DNA of 50,206 nucleotides from Perkinsus olseni (Eukaryota): NCBI GenBank assembly GCA_013115125.1, contig JABANN010000231.1, positions 1 to 50,206 of the forward strand, read 5' to 3'. Shown piece by piece: positions 19,337 to 31,918 of this stretch (position 1 is its first letter; each line of letters starts with the position of its first letter). The notes under the pieces were generated by a model. It saw only the letters and a program-made list of their open reading frames with translations, ran no database searches and was not told where the DNA came from. The position numbers and the translations under genes were made by a program.

Positions 19337-21017
19337 TTACGATTCCTCCTCTACGTGAGAATCAGCAGCGTCCTCTTGCAATCTTGCGCTTCCTTCCATT
19401 TCCTCAACGCTACCCTCATCCACGTTCTTCCCAGTATCACTGTCATCAACTTCTTCCTCAGGGAGGAAGGTGAACAGAACGTGGAGTTCCATACAGCAGA
19501 TTCGGCAGAGGCCCGAATGATTCCGCACAGTCTAAAATTATGCAAAAAGCGCGCGCCCAGATGATCGATTATGATACTTACGGTTTCTCCACAGCCCAGA
19601 CAAGTACCGCGATCTGCAGTGTCGAATTCTTGTGAACGTCCGGTGGCATCTTCGACCTCATTTGAATCTTCCTCGGTCGGAGCATTGAGCATCTTCCGAG
19701 AGAATCTTAGCGGAGCGAAGCGATTTTTCTTCCCTTTTTTTACCTCGACCTCGATGCTAGCGACTTGCAAGTCATGTTCGGCTACCAACTCGTCCAGGGC
19801 AGATTTAATACTCGTGGTTACCTAGGGTCAACCTAAGATACGCGTATCTTACAAGATACTCACCTCTTCCAGCGCAGCCGAAAGATTTCTTCCGGGAATC
19901 GCGAGCGCATCTCGACACAAACGGCGGAAGACTGGATAAAGATCCGATCCCCAATGCTCAACAACCTGACCACTAATTTTGTCAAGTCCTAGGGTCAACC
20001 TAAGATACGCGTATCTTAGGTCGAACCACGACATACTCGGGCAAGCGCCACATAAATCTGCGTGAACCAAGAGTCGTCTTCATTAATAATCTCAACCGCA
20101 TTCTGAGCCATCTCACTGAAGATACCCTGAAGAGCATCCGTGCGTTGAGGAAATGCAAGATCGCAAGATTACCTGAGCCAGCAGCCTCGCCCGTTGACTC
20201 CGCATCTCATCATTAGAGCAACTCAGGCGTATCTTTTGAAACACCCGAGCTACATCGTATCTTGCATGGGTAACCTCAGCGAAAGATAGGCGTTCAAGCT
20301 CAACTTCGGTATCTCGTGGGAGGCCAAAATATCTAGCGGAGCGAAGCGATTCACGAATGTCATTTTTCAATTTTTTTACTCGATTTCCATTTCAACTGCC
20401 GCCTTGCTAACCGGACAATTTCTGGGCAGAACAATCCGACCGTTTCGGTACCTGAAAATATCAAATTTTCCGAAAATTTATCCGAAAATTTCCCGAAATT
20501 ATTTCCTACCAGTCTAACACAAAAGCAAAAGCTTCAGGATTCCGATCTAGGAAAATCGGTGACGTAACGTCGCCATTAGTCCACCGGTCAGACACCGTAA
20601 CTGCAAAGAGCGCGCCCTGGTGATCGATTATCGGAAACAACCCTACCTGCGAGCACCGTAGAAGGGTACTTGTCGAGCGTGCTTTTGGCAAGTTGAAAGA
20701 TTCTCCCGCCGACGTTGAAAGATATCAAAGGCGATGATGACGAATCTTCGGGCGAAGATGCTGCGTTGCTATTCCATGCTGATCCGAGTGTCATGGGCTC
20801 CGACATAAGATCTGTCAGATACCCATAATTTGTCAAATCCCCCATTCCGTCGAAACCCACCGCGCTCGCCTCGACGATCGATTCGAGGAACGCTCTTTTC
20901 GAAAGAACTGCTGGGTCGCATTCGCTTGGCTGGGTGAGGTTGGCCGAGGGTTCGACGGGTTGTTGTTGATGAAACCGTAAGATTCCCCGGTAGGAAGACT
21001 GGAGGCACACCCGACAT
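19337..21017 (-). CDS. BTB/POZ (KCTD/T1-type) domain protein with a Cys-rich C-terminal segment
   Basis: ISFNVGGRIFQLAKSTLDKYPSTVLA|..IFLDRNPEAFAFVLDW|YRNGRI..EIE|YFGL is a typical BTB_2 domain. The C-terminus has CLGC..GLCRICC and an acidic tail. ATG 21017 joins the BTB exon via a phase-consistent intron. Confidence 0.85.
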
Positions 21018-21133
21018 AAATACAACAACTAGACAGAAAAATCTCAAAATTTAAGGAAAAAACTCGGAAAAAAACGTATCTTTACGAAACGTGAGCTCGA
21101 ATGGTATCTTTGCGCACTGCAAAGATTCTAAAA

Positions 21134-23724
21134 TCACAGACTGGAGTCCGGTTGGTCGTACTTCAAAACGGAGCCGAAATAGAAATGCTGAAAAAAACGA
21201 AAATATCTTGAGGTCACCCATGCACTTGACGCAACCCAAAGATACTCACTTGTATAACAGGCTTCTTCCCCAGCACCTCCCCGCAATACATTCTCAATAA
21301 TCCTTTGGCAACCTAAGGCGCAAAATCTTTGCTGTGCGTCGCAGAAAGATACTCCTCCATGAAAAATCCATACCTACCCTTTCCCAACTTTCCAGTCTCG
21401 ATATTTCCCACAACATCGGTGAGGTCTCTGCCAACGGCGCGCCCGTCTGAATCAGAAAAAAATTTCCCGAAAAAAATCTCGAAAATGCGCCACAAAATTA
21501 TCACGGAAATTTTACCTTCGTTTGATAGACAAAAGATACGGCCTCGCCAAGCATGCACCACGGGCTGATACTCTCAGCTGTCGACCTGAGAAAAATATTT
21601 GAACAACCCCGGAATAATTTACCCAATTCATAAACGGCCGATTAACCGACTCTTTTCTACTAGTAAAAATTTTCCGAAAAGTGTCAATTTTTGCCAATAA
21701 AAATCGAAAATTTTCCGATTTTTTTCTCACCTGTTGCGCACAACTCGCTCCGGCGTTAACGACTTTCCATCATCATCAGTTTCCTTCGACCCGACAAGTT
21801 GACAGGCACCCAACAGAAACGGTCTGAAAACAAGCCTGGTGTATCTTTGCGCACGCGGAAGATTTCACACTTTATTAATGCGTGAAAAAGCAACGGAGAC
21901 GGAATAATTCACCCACATATGATGATAATCGTCCAATCCCCACACGCCATGAGACCCGGCCGGTTCCAACATGTACTGCTTCTGTATATGTCGCATCAGT
22001 GAAATGTATCTGACAGGAAAATTCCCGAAAAGAAATTTCCGCTAAATTTCGGGAAAAAATCATACAAAAAACCCGAGAAAAATATGGAAAGATGATGACT
22101 GGATAATTTCGTGGCGCGCGGTAATACACAAATAACGAAAAATCGCAGAAAACTGGACCAAGATAGATTTAAAGAGCTAGAAAAAAGGAACGAAAATTTT
22201 TGAATTTCGTGGCGCGCGGTAATTCGAGCAAAATTTCCCGCTCACCTCGGGAAAATTCTCAGGCCAATTTCCGTTCCCAAAATATCTTCCTCCCCTTCTG
22301 CGCAATCATCGAAGTGACCAACGGCAATCAGTACCTAAAACGGCGGAGCGAAGCGTTTCATGTTTCCGATTTTCCCTGGGGGAATTATTTACCATCAAGA
22401 AAGCCATGAAAGCCGTCTCGTGTCCAGTACCATAGTCGACCCTGGTCGCGTTGCCGAAGGAATCCAATCTGATGGAAAAACAGAAAAAAAATACCGTAAA
22501 ATTTTTCCTAAAAAATCTTTATCAATTTTGCGGTCCGATAAAGTCGGAGAAGCTGAGAGATTAGCGAAGAAAGGTTGTGAACGGGGAAAAATTCTAGAAA
22601 AATTATGAAATATTCAAAAAAAATTCGGACACTAACAAAAATTTACAAAAAAAATACCAAAATTCCTGTAATTTTACATCACCCAATACCATCCTCTTCA
22701 CTACGCGTAGGGAGTCAATTCCACAATCGCCGGATGCAGCTCGGGCGGTAATAAATTATCCAGCAACTGCGGCAAGCGTTTCACCAGGCGATTGTGCCAC
22801 GACCTGCAGAAGGAGAGAAAATAAATCCGGACGGGAGCGAAAAATATTTTTTTACACAAATCGATCAAAATTTTCCCAAAAGATGAAGAAAAATCGAGCC
22901 AGATTCCATCGATAATACAGCGATTTGTGACGCTCCGCCGAATGCACAGAGAATGATAATATAAAAATTGGCAAAAAAATTCCAGCCCGCATCCTTTCGC
23001 GCAAAAAATCCTGGGAAAATTAAAAAATTTTCCAGAATTTTTCCCAATTATTTACCTGAATGCGATATTTCCGAATCGCATCGGTTGTTCCAGCGGGGGG
23101 AAGTCGGACAACCAAGATTCTAATTCGTCCAAGAAAATCATCACCCCCTCGACCGACGCTGGTGCCGCCGAGTAATCGACAATCTGAAATTTACGGAAAA
23201 TTTGGTATAGGAATCTTTGCACGCATGCACAACTCACATCAAGATTCTTCCTTCCTTGTACCGCAGTACAAAGTCTCTCCAGGAAGGCTACGATGTCACG
23301 ATAGGCCTGAGGTTCGGAAAAAAATCAATAATTTTGGAGACGACCGTTTCATCAAAAATCTCTAAATATTTACCGAAAAAAAAGTATCATGTAAAAATTC
23401 CTCAGAAAATTTGCGTAATCGATCGACCCAGGTTCAAATCCCAGCCCGTCCATTATTATCACCGGAGAATTCTCTATGAAATATGATAATTCCTTCGGCC
23501 CTGTTATCCGCTTTACCGGTTCCACGTACCTGGCAAGAACATGATTTACGGAAATTTTGGTATGCACGCATGCACATGGGGACCATTTCTAAGGTCCCAA
23601 GTGCAAACTGCTCATCTTCGGAGAGCCACTAGGTAAAGATATCTTTCAGCAACTGGAACGGGGCCGAGCTATTTTGTATCTTGCAAGCTTCGACTCTTCC
23701 TCGGCCACTAGCCAAGTCAACCAT
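21134..23724 (-). CDS. PTPA: Serine/threonine-protein phosphatase 2A activator (PTPA/RRD), multi-exon; start approximate
   Basis: Exons encode [88 protein letters not shown] and a TGA at 21134. Confidence 0.92.
23425..23452 (+). other. tRNA T-arm/B-box-like fragment, antisense within a PTPA intron just after its donor
   Basis: CCAGG TTCAAAT CCCAG CCCGTCC A fits tRNA positions 49-73. Confidence 0.55.
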
Positions 23725-24188
23725 ATAATTTGCACTCAAAAAATTCCCGAAAAAAATCATCCGAAAATTCGGAAAGATCCGAAAATCCGCAGCGGTGTTC
23801 CAAGCTGCTAAAAACTATATTCTCAGCTTCCAAAAAATTCCCAAAAAATAAACTAATTTTCCGGGAAATTCACGATTCCACTTCAAAAAAAACCGATTTT
23901 TTCATTTTAATTCTCTCTCGCTACCCCGGTGAAAGTCGCTTCAAACGAATCCGGACGACTCGACGGAGCGCTTTGACCATCCAAAAAAAAGTTCGCGCAC
24001 TGCTAAAAATTCAAGTAAATTTTCGACCACAACATCAGTAACTTTCCTCAAAAAATTTTGAATCGGGAAAAAATTTTCTACGATTTTTCCCTCTGATCAT
24101 TGCTCTTCAACCCATTACTACCTCGTCCTCCTTTCGGTCGGTTTTTTCTCCAGACTCGAATCTCCGATGAAAGCTGACATCCTGACTG

Positions 24189-24227
24189 GTAAGCTAAAGG
24201 TCCCCGGATCGATCCCACCACCCGACA
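24189..24227 (+). other. tRNA 3'-half-like fragment beginning with a GTAAG donor
   Basis: GTAA|GCTAA|AGGTC|CCCGG|ATCGATC|CCACC|ACCCGAC|A, followed by CTCTAAT (branch-like) and TTGTAG (24246). Confidence 0.55.
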
Positions 24228-24442
24228 ACTCTAATTCAATTTGTAGCGGAAACGTCACTGTAGCGAATGGTAAGTAGAAAGATACTTTGAAGGAGAAGAA
24301 GTATATACATGAGTACGTTGGTAAATCGATCAACCGTTTCACGCTAGACAATCATCCATATCTTAGGTTCAAGCTGGCAAGATAGGAAAATAAAGATATT
24401 CACATAGACAACAAATAATAGACTTGAAATCGATCAACCGTT

Positions 24443-27400
24443 TCATATCGAAATAGGTGGTATTTTGCCATCACCCGGCTTCGAGCAAAGATTCGCCCTT
24501 CTACTCGGAACCAATAGCAACGCGTTCCCTCCGCCATAACCATGCAATCGACTTATCAAATCCTCATCCTCCCCATCGCCGCGCTCACTACAAACACTCG
24601 CCAATCGGTCCCTACCACTCCTTTCGTAACTCTCGCCATTCTCACAGGCCCCCGACGCCCTCATCGCCAACGCCCGGTGGAACTTCATAGCAATTTCGGG
24701 ACATTCATGCTCCAACCTCAGGATACGATCTCTCGGCAACAACAACAACTCCGTGCCATCTTCATCAGCCACCAAACTTCTCGTATGCGCGCAAGCCGCA
24801 TACGCCGCCCTTTCACAAAGCACATCTCCAGTCTGCACCACCTGCGACCGTCGCGCGCCACAAAATGCCGGGCTATTCGGGACGCCGTAAGGTCCAACCC
24901 TTCTTGCTATTCCGATATCAGGACCCTTATCGCCGCGAATGGCCGTGTGAATTCTGGTACTGCCGTCGTAGAGACTGAGCTGACCGCGCGCCACAATATA
25001 CAAACCCTTGGCGAGAGCTCCCTGCTGATAAACCGTTTCACCGCAACTAACTCTCAATTTAACAAATAATTTCCGCCATAATTTCGCTATTCTCGCGTCG
25101 CCGAAAATTTTCCGGACTAATTTTCCCTCCGGAATTTTTCCCTTAATCGTCGGTTTTATCGGAATTCCATCACCCAACAGACAGGAATCTTCCGCCCACT
25201 GCAAACCAAGGTCGAGCTCCCGAAAAATACGCGTCTGAGCGGGGATAAGATTCGCGCCTCGCGACCGTTTCAACTGCTGGTCCAAATCCGTATTCACATT
25301 TGCAATTATCAATTCAACTTTTCGCTCGCCCGAGTCGATCGATACGGGTATCTTTCCCATGGCAACCAGTGCGCTTATGTCAGCTTCTTCGACCGAACCA
25401 AGATCGAACAGGAGCACTCGAGTGGAGGGGAGGGTGAATTCTTTCACGGCTTTTTTTATGGATGACGAAGTGCCGAAGAAAAGTTGGGAACAAACTGTCC
25501 TGAAAAAGAAGAAAAAATTTCGGATATTTTCCGAAGAAAATTTTCAATTATTTTGTGACACTCCTCAAGAATGAATGGTGAAACGCGGCTCACAATATTT
25601 TTCGGAATTTTCCTGAAAAAAATTCCGAGAAAATTTCGACTGGAGAAAACCCGAGCCCGGAAATATTCGCCCACATCGCTGTTGGAAGATACACATTCAG
25701 GTCAACTTACCTCACAACGATGATGGTTCGATCTTGATAGTATCTTTCGACCGCCGCCGAATTCTTCCGAGTGCGGGCTTGAGTGCTTCGAACATCCGTT
25801 GGCATCATCACCACCGGTGAGGTCGCATATCTCGCTGTAAAATACCTAAAAAGTGAGCGAAAAACTCCCACAAGCGAACGTTTTTACCCATTTCATCAAC
25901 CAAAATCGCATGTCTTAACGCACAGCAAGGATTTCAAATGTCACCCCACCACTGCTAATCCATCGACGTATCTTTGCGCACGGGAAAGATTCTTACATGC
26001 AGCAGAGAATGCAGCCCAGCAGAATGGAGACGATCATCCCCTTGGCGATGTAAGCGATCGTGATGAGGAAAATAACAACAAACTCGCTTCGAGTCAACAC
26101 GTAACGCGGGTCCCATGCCCCTTCTAAAATGTATCTAAAAAACAACAACAACGACTACGACTTGACCGCGCGCCACGAAATTCAAAACGACAACGAGTCA
26201 GTAATAATGAATAAAGTTTAACGCACCGCGAAGAATATCTTTCATGCGTATCTGAGGTCGCCTGTTGTTCCAGCACGCTGCTAGTTAAGTCGCCCAAAGA
26301 TTCTCAATATTTACACGCATGCACACGACGGGTGCGCACAGTAAAGGATTCCACCTGCTATTCTTTATCATTTTTTCTCACAATTTTCAGGAAATTCATT
26401 AAACCAATCGAATAATCAAAAACGAAAAAAAAACTATTATTTTCTGAAATCTCCCGCCCAGGATTCGAACCAGGGACCTTCCGCTTACCCAAATGCCAGA
26501 TGAAGCAGCATCCCCGCAGCCCAGGGCTTCGGCACAAATTCCAAAACCGACCCGCCGCAGACGAGCCAAACAGAAGAGGTTAATATCGAAAATACGAGTG
26601 AAAGTCGGGACGATCCGCCGCCTGAAATGATTTCGTGAGAATCTTATGGTTGAGCACGTAAGATACAAAACAGGTCAAGAGCCAGCTTACTCACCAGCAT
26701 CCTCATTCAATCTAGTAGGAGATAGACTCATATAGCACACCCCTCCTCCTGTCGAGCCGCATGCCAAATTAGTAAATCCAGCCCGGGCCAGCTCAGAACG
26801 CATGTTCAGCTCCCCACCAGCGCTCGCTTCAATCGGCACCTGACCAACATGAGTTGCGGAATTTACGGTATTCCCAAATAAAAATTAAATAAAAACGGAT
26901 AGAGAAAATTCTAGACGGGAAATATCACATTTAAGTTGGGATCCTTGAGAGATCGGTCGAAAGAAATTCGGCAGGCCACAGGTAATAGCAGTAAGTCTCC
27001 AAGGACAGCAGAATCGCTCGAAGCCAGTCCAACGTCGAACAATCCAAGTGCTCGCTGTTAGTAATAAACGATCCTTGTGGTTAAATAATCGAGATCATAA
27101 AAATTGGAAAAATAAAATTTCGGAAAAAAATTATATTTCGGGAAAAAAATAAAATTAATTACTAAGATCTAAGAAAAAAAATCTCTCACCTACCACCGTT
27201 CCCGCAGCCAGATCTACCCACAGTACCACAATCATCGAGGCAAGTATCTAAGGTCGAAGCTGGCAAGATACGAGTGAACCTAAGATACGCCCTTACACTC
27301 CAAATTTGGCTCGAAACCAATCCCCAAACATCGCCAATCGGATGCGCCACGTAATTGGCCGGCAGAGTTAAAACAGATCCAGTAGAGACTGAGTCGAACA

Positions 27401-29211
27401 GCCAGCCCTGAGAAAATGATGATACGAAGATTGCGGAAATCTTGAAATCTTACGCCATCTCGAGCTTCCTCAACGCTCACGCCACAAGCCGCCAAGCAAA
27501 CATAAACAACCGCAATCTCCGCTGAACAAGGAAAATTAGGGACTCTCAAGATCACGCAAGACTGCAAGATTCTACCACAACCAAATCGATCACCCGATCG
27601 ATTTCCTCCCACCGCTATTACCCATGAGCAGCCCTGGCAGCGCCAAGTAGTGATGCAAATAACGAGAACCAAATCGATTAAGTAACCCACAAAGAAGGGA
27701 TGCCACACACTGCAAAAAGCATATCCTGAAAAAAAGTACAAAAAATTTTGCAACTGGCCTGAAATTTTCCGCAATTTCCCAAAATTCTTGATCAGAATTT
27801 TCATTGAAAAATAAGAGAACAATTCAGTTTTTGCTCTCATGAATATGAGAAAAAAATTCTCACCGCGCCACGAAATTATTATCAGCCCACCTAACCGCAC
27901 TGCGAAGAATATCTTTTATGCGTATCTTAGCTTACCTGTTGTTCCAGCACGCTGCTAAGATATCTTCACCGACAACGACCTTCAGGGAACTATCAATCAT
28001 AGCCAGCCCAATGGCGACGAAAAAACCGTAAATCACGGGCTGCCAGGAAAAAAAATTTCCGAAAAAAATCGGAAAAATTTCTCACCTGGGGAAATGCGGT
28101 TTTGAAGGTCTCAAGATACTCTCGTTTGCACACTGCCACGACAAGAAGCAGAGACAAACCGAACCTGATGAAAAAAGGCGGAGCGATGCGGTCAAATTTT
28201 CAGATTTTTACCGGATGTAATTTGTGACGAATTATCACTAGATCGTCGGCACAAAGGAAAAATTCGGAAAAATCTTCAAAAAATCACAGGAAAGATCGGA
28301 AATTTCGGAAAATCACAGCCAAAATGATCCCCAATATTACGATATTGAACTAAGCATAAAGGTGAGCAACGCGCCTTGGACGGCCAAGGACGCCGCCGGT
28401 GCTTCACCCAGGTTGGAGATGATGCATGTTATCAGTGCTGCTTGAAAAGGTGTCTGAGGAGAGGGAGAATCTTAGGTCGAAGCTTGCCCAACGCGGATTA
28501 GGTAGCATAGCCGACGAAAGTAAGTTAGAACCACAACATTTCATCATCATGAGGAATAGCAAGATTGCAAGATTGCTAGGCACAGAAAACACTACCGCTT
28601 CGTGAAGGAGTACCCGATTGTCAAGTCCATCGAACAGAAGTTACGATTGGTGTGGTACGAATAAAAATAATAATTTTCCAATCCCTTACTCGCAAAAATC
28701 CATATAAAAAATCACCAGCTCGCCGCGAGTATCTTCGAAATCTTCGCAGTGCGCTCAACTATCTTATACCGTAAATTCCCGAATTCTCCCCGACACTTCC
28801 AACCTTCCCGTCTACTACCGAGGTCGAGCTGGGACACGAAATACAGCCCTTGATCGGATGGTTGATGTAACAAAGTTGGGCAACTATCCCGGAGACGAGT
28901 AGTGATTGGAGACAGACAGCTATGTGCGGGCTCAGTATCGGATCCTTGAAGTAACTAACAGAACGAAAATTATCGGAAATTTCTTGTTTTTCTCCTAAAA
29001 TTTTGAGAGAAATGCAATTTTAAATTGCTACGTCAATAGATGTGAGCTCTTGACCGCGCGCCACAAAATTATGCAAACCACTCAAAGCTGGTAAACTCCG
29101 CACGAATTCAGTCCGAATTTTCTGAAAATTTGACTTTTGGTTGTTTTGTTAATATATGATAAAAAATAAGTTTCTCGCAAAATCCAGAAAAAAACTCACA
29201 TAACTCACCAT
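24443..29211 (-). CDS. SulP/SLC26-family transporter with STAS and cyclic-nucleotide-binding-like domains (Vsb1/YGR125W-like architecture); start approximate
   Basis: Hydrophobic exons (PVIYGFFVAIGLAMIDSSLK; SELARAGFTNLACGSTGGG; GGSSRLSLVFSILTSSVWLVCGG..PKPWAAGMLLHLAFG). STAS-like segment LFFGTS..VLLFDLGSVEEADISAL..DLGLQWAED. cNMP-like segment GETVYQQGALAKGLYIVARGQLSL..GDVLCE. Confidence 0.85.
26450..26488 (-). other. tRNA 3'-half-like fragment forming the 5' end of a SulP intron
   Basis: Exon ..LHLAFG|GTAA GCGGA AGGTC CCTGG TTCGAAT CCTGG GCGGGAG A fits tRNA positions 35-73. Confidence 0.75.
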
Positions 29212-29739
29212 TCGGTAATCTCTCAAAGAGAAAATATTAATTCCAATCAGTCGGAATTTATTTCACCGAAACTGCGTTCGCTCGGATTCGAGCTCGAAGG
29301 CGGGTCTCGAATTTCACAGAAAATAGAACAACAATAGCACAAAAATAATTCACATAATTCACAAAAATAGCAACTTCACAAAATTTTCGACCTGAAAATT
29401 ACCGGACCAATTTTTCGATATTCTTTCCATTCATGGGGAAGGAAAAAGCTCTTCGTTTTCACTCGCATGAAAATTATTTTCCGATTTTCCAGATTTTTTC
29501 CGAATTTAACCCGATCTCAATTTTTCGGCGAGAATGATGACGTCGTCCGGAAAATATATTGGTTTCTTGTGCGAATTTTTCCCGGTTTTTTTAGATTTTT
29601 TCATCCAGGATCTTAGGTCGATTATTGCTTCACACGGAAGAGGAAGATTTCTCCACACGCCAATTACGATACCATAAAATTCGGAAAAATCGGCTAAAAT
29701 TCGCTCAACAAGTTTAAATCGCAACAATCTACCAATTTC

Positions 29740-31334
29740 TCAGCTCTCGTCCGAAATTCCAAGAGAATTCCCACAGTCCCAAGGTCCCCGGTTCGATCCC
29801 ACCCCCCCCCCGCCCTTTTTATTACACAGACGAGAATGACACTGCCCGGAAGATGACCAGAAATCCCGACAGGATTCCTCCACAAATCGGTCCAACAATA
29901 CTGGACTGCTTCTGAGAATTCGTCCGCGTGCGCGACAGCAAAGATTCTCCCAAAGATTCCTCTCCATGCTTGCTCAATCCGGAATAGGTCGGCATGAGGC
30001 AATCAACTAACAAGATACGAAAATTTCCCCTCGACCACTTCCGGGAAACGCAAAAAAGGCGTTTCTAACGAAAACTGCCCCAGTCACAAATCGCAAATAT
30101 GTAAATACTGAATCAGCCAGAGACTCCAATTGGAAATGACACACTTCGACGTGCTGCTATCCTGGATGAACCAGAGGGCCACATCACACGAGCGTGGGCT
30201 GTCTCTGTCAGAGCGCATGAAAACTTTTCGAGCCCTTGCCAAGATTGCTTCCCGGCGATGAAATGCACTTCGAAAAACACGGGGTCGAATTCTACGTAGA
30301 TGAAGTAAACAGGCTTCCTGTCATGGCGAATTCCGCGAGAAAAGATTTGATAGCGCGTCGCTGTACTCTGGATGATAACCAATATTATAGTCCAATTACC
30401 CTTCGCAACCGAGTTTGTGAATTACAGCAAAAAAATATTTCTCCTGTCGTTCATTTTCCACGGTCTACAACTACGAAGAGAGGCCAATGAAAATTTTTTA
30501 TCAGAAATTTCCATGCCGTTTACGACCCGTAACAAGGAAAATCACAACACGATTCTACCAAGATAGGAAACACCAAGGGAAGCAAATCAGAAAATCTTCC
30601 GACCTCGTCCGCCGCGGCAGTACTCGGGAAAAGATCCCAAACAGCAGTAAAATAACCGCGTTAAAAAAGATACGCTACAAGAAAGTTTCCCCGAAATTAC
30701 TTTGGAAACGAGCGTTTCGTCCGCAAGATGCTGTGGAAGAGAACAAGAAAGCTGAGGATAGCGCGGAAAAATAATTAGCCAACACTGAGCTGAGATAATC
30801 CTGTCTGATTTGCCGTACTGCGCGCTCGTGAAGAAGAAACGAGTTCCGATGAGTCGATATTTATCAATAACTTAACGAACGAGTAATTATTACCCAACTC
30901 TCACGAACAGCAGTTCCAGAGGAACCGCGAGAATAATGAGGATCGCCACAAAATGGAAGCTTTCGGAAAAGGGCGTCGAATTTAGCAGCAGTAAACAGTA
31001 CCAGTGGTTAGTTACACGTCTTCCTCGACGGAAAAATTCGGAAAGTTTTTTCGGAAAAATATCGAACCAGTACGACATTTACGACACTAGAGGGGTAAAG
31101 TCTCTGCTCTTAGCCACTGATAGTACCTTCTTTCACGAGCCCAGAGAATCTTACGTCGAACACGGCTTCGCACGAGTAGGTCGTGAACCCCACAAAACTG
31201 GATATATGTACTGCGGGTTGATCTCGCCAGGGCGCGCGCGAAAGCATCACGAGCATCGCTCCGCTAGAGAAAATCTCGCGCGCCTCAATGATGATTTCCG
31301 ACGCAGCTCGTTTCTCGCTCGCCCGTCGAAGTAA
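29740..31334 (+). CDS. Hypothetical multi-exon protein; structure unresolved
   Basis: Protein-like ORF pieces 30236-30490 (LPGDEMHFEKHGVEFYVDEVNRLPVMAN) and 30936-31334, with plausible splice signals; no recognisable domain. Confidence 0.35.
29781..29812 (+). other. tRNA variable-loop/T-arm-like fragment in a putative short intron (29784-29829)
   Basis: AAG|GTCCCCGG TTCGATC CCACCCC...TTTTTATTACACAG. Confidence 0.5.
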
Positions 31335-31918
31335 ACTGGTGCTAGTTGGTGTCTGAGAATTGGGATTGTTATGGTATGGGGCCTCGAATACGTGGCGTCG
31401 TTGTGAGAGAGCTCACGCCGAGAGACGGTTCGATCATGCTAATGGTGGTCTCGCGAGTCGGACAAGTACTCAACTTCAGAATTGGTTTGCTCAAAACCAC
31501 GGGCCTTCTTACCTCTCCTGTCCGGCCGGCACGCCGCCCGTTTTACTTCCTTAGCACCACTGAAGCACTTCAAAATCGTGACAAGAATTTTGTATTTTCA
31601 CGTCACGAGCAACGCCTCACTACAGCTTCGTCTCTTATACACGGTGCCGACTTCAAAAGAGTAAAGCCACTTCACAGCGTCAACATGATCTTGGTGATTC
31701 CGTCAACGAATTTTCGCGATTTTTCGGCGTCTGGTTCGATATTTCGAGGGTGAAACTTGCGAGTGAGACGACGCTGAGTACGAGGTGGTGTAGAGCTTTC
31801 GATTGGTGTGCGTTACAGTCTCAACTCGTTCGCACGAAAAATTCATGTGGGGGTTTCCCTTTTAAAGTCGGCACCGTGTACATGCTCTTTCAGTTTCCAT
31901 CAGGCCCCCCCTCTCACC

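Noticed and set aside
19706-19743. 38-nt intron ending in the GCGAAGC motif
   Set aside because: Splicing it shifts the frame into a stop; the unspliced frame joins correctly to the next exon.
24150-24230. Complete tRNA gene (also considered at 26450 and 46921)
   Set aside because: No D-arm/A-box, and the upstream sequence does not pair with the anticodon or acceptor 3' strands; at 26488 and 46921 it is exon.
24542-25069. 175-aa plus-strand ORF and similar antisense ORFs
   Set aside because: These are shadows of real genes on the opposite strand.
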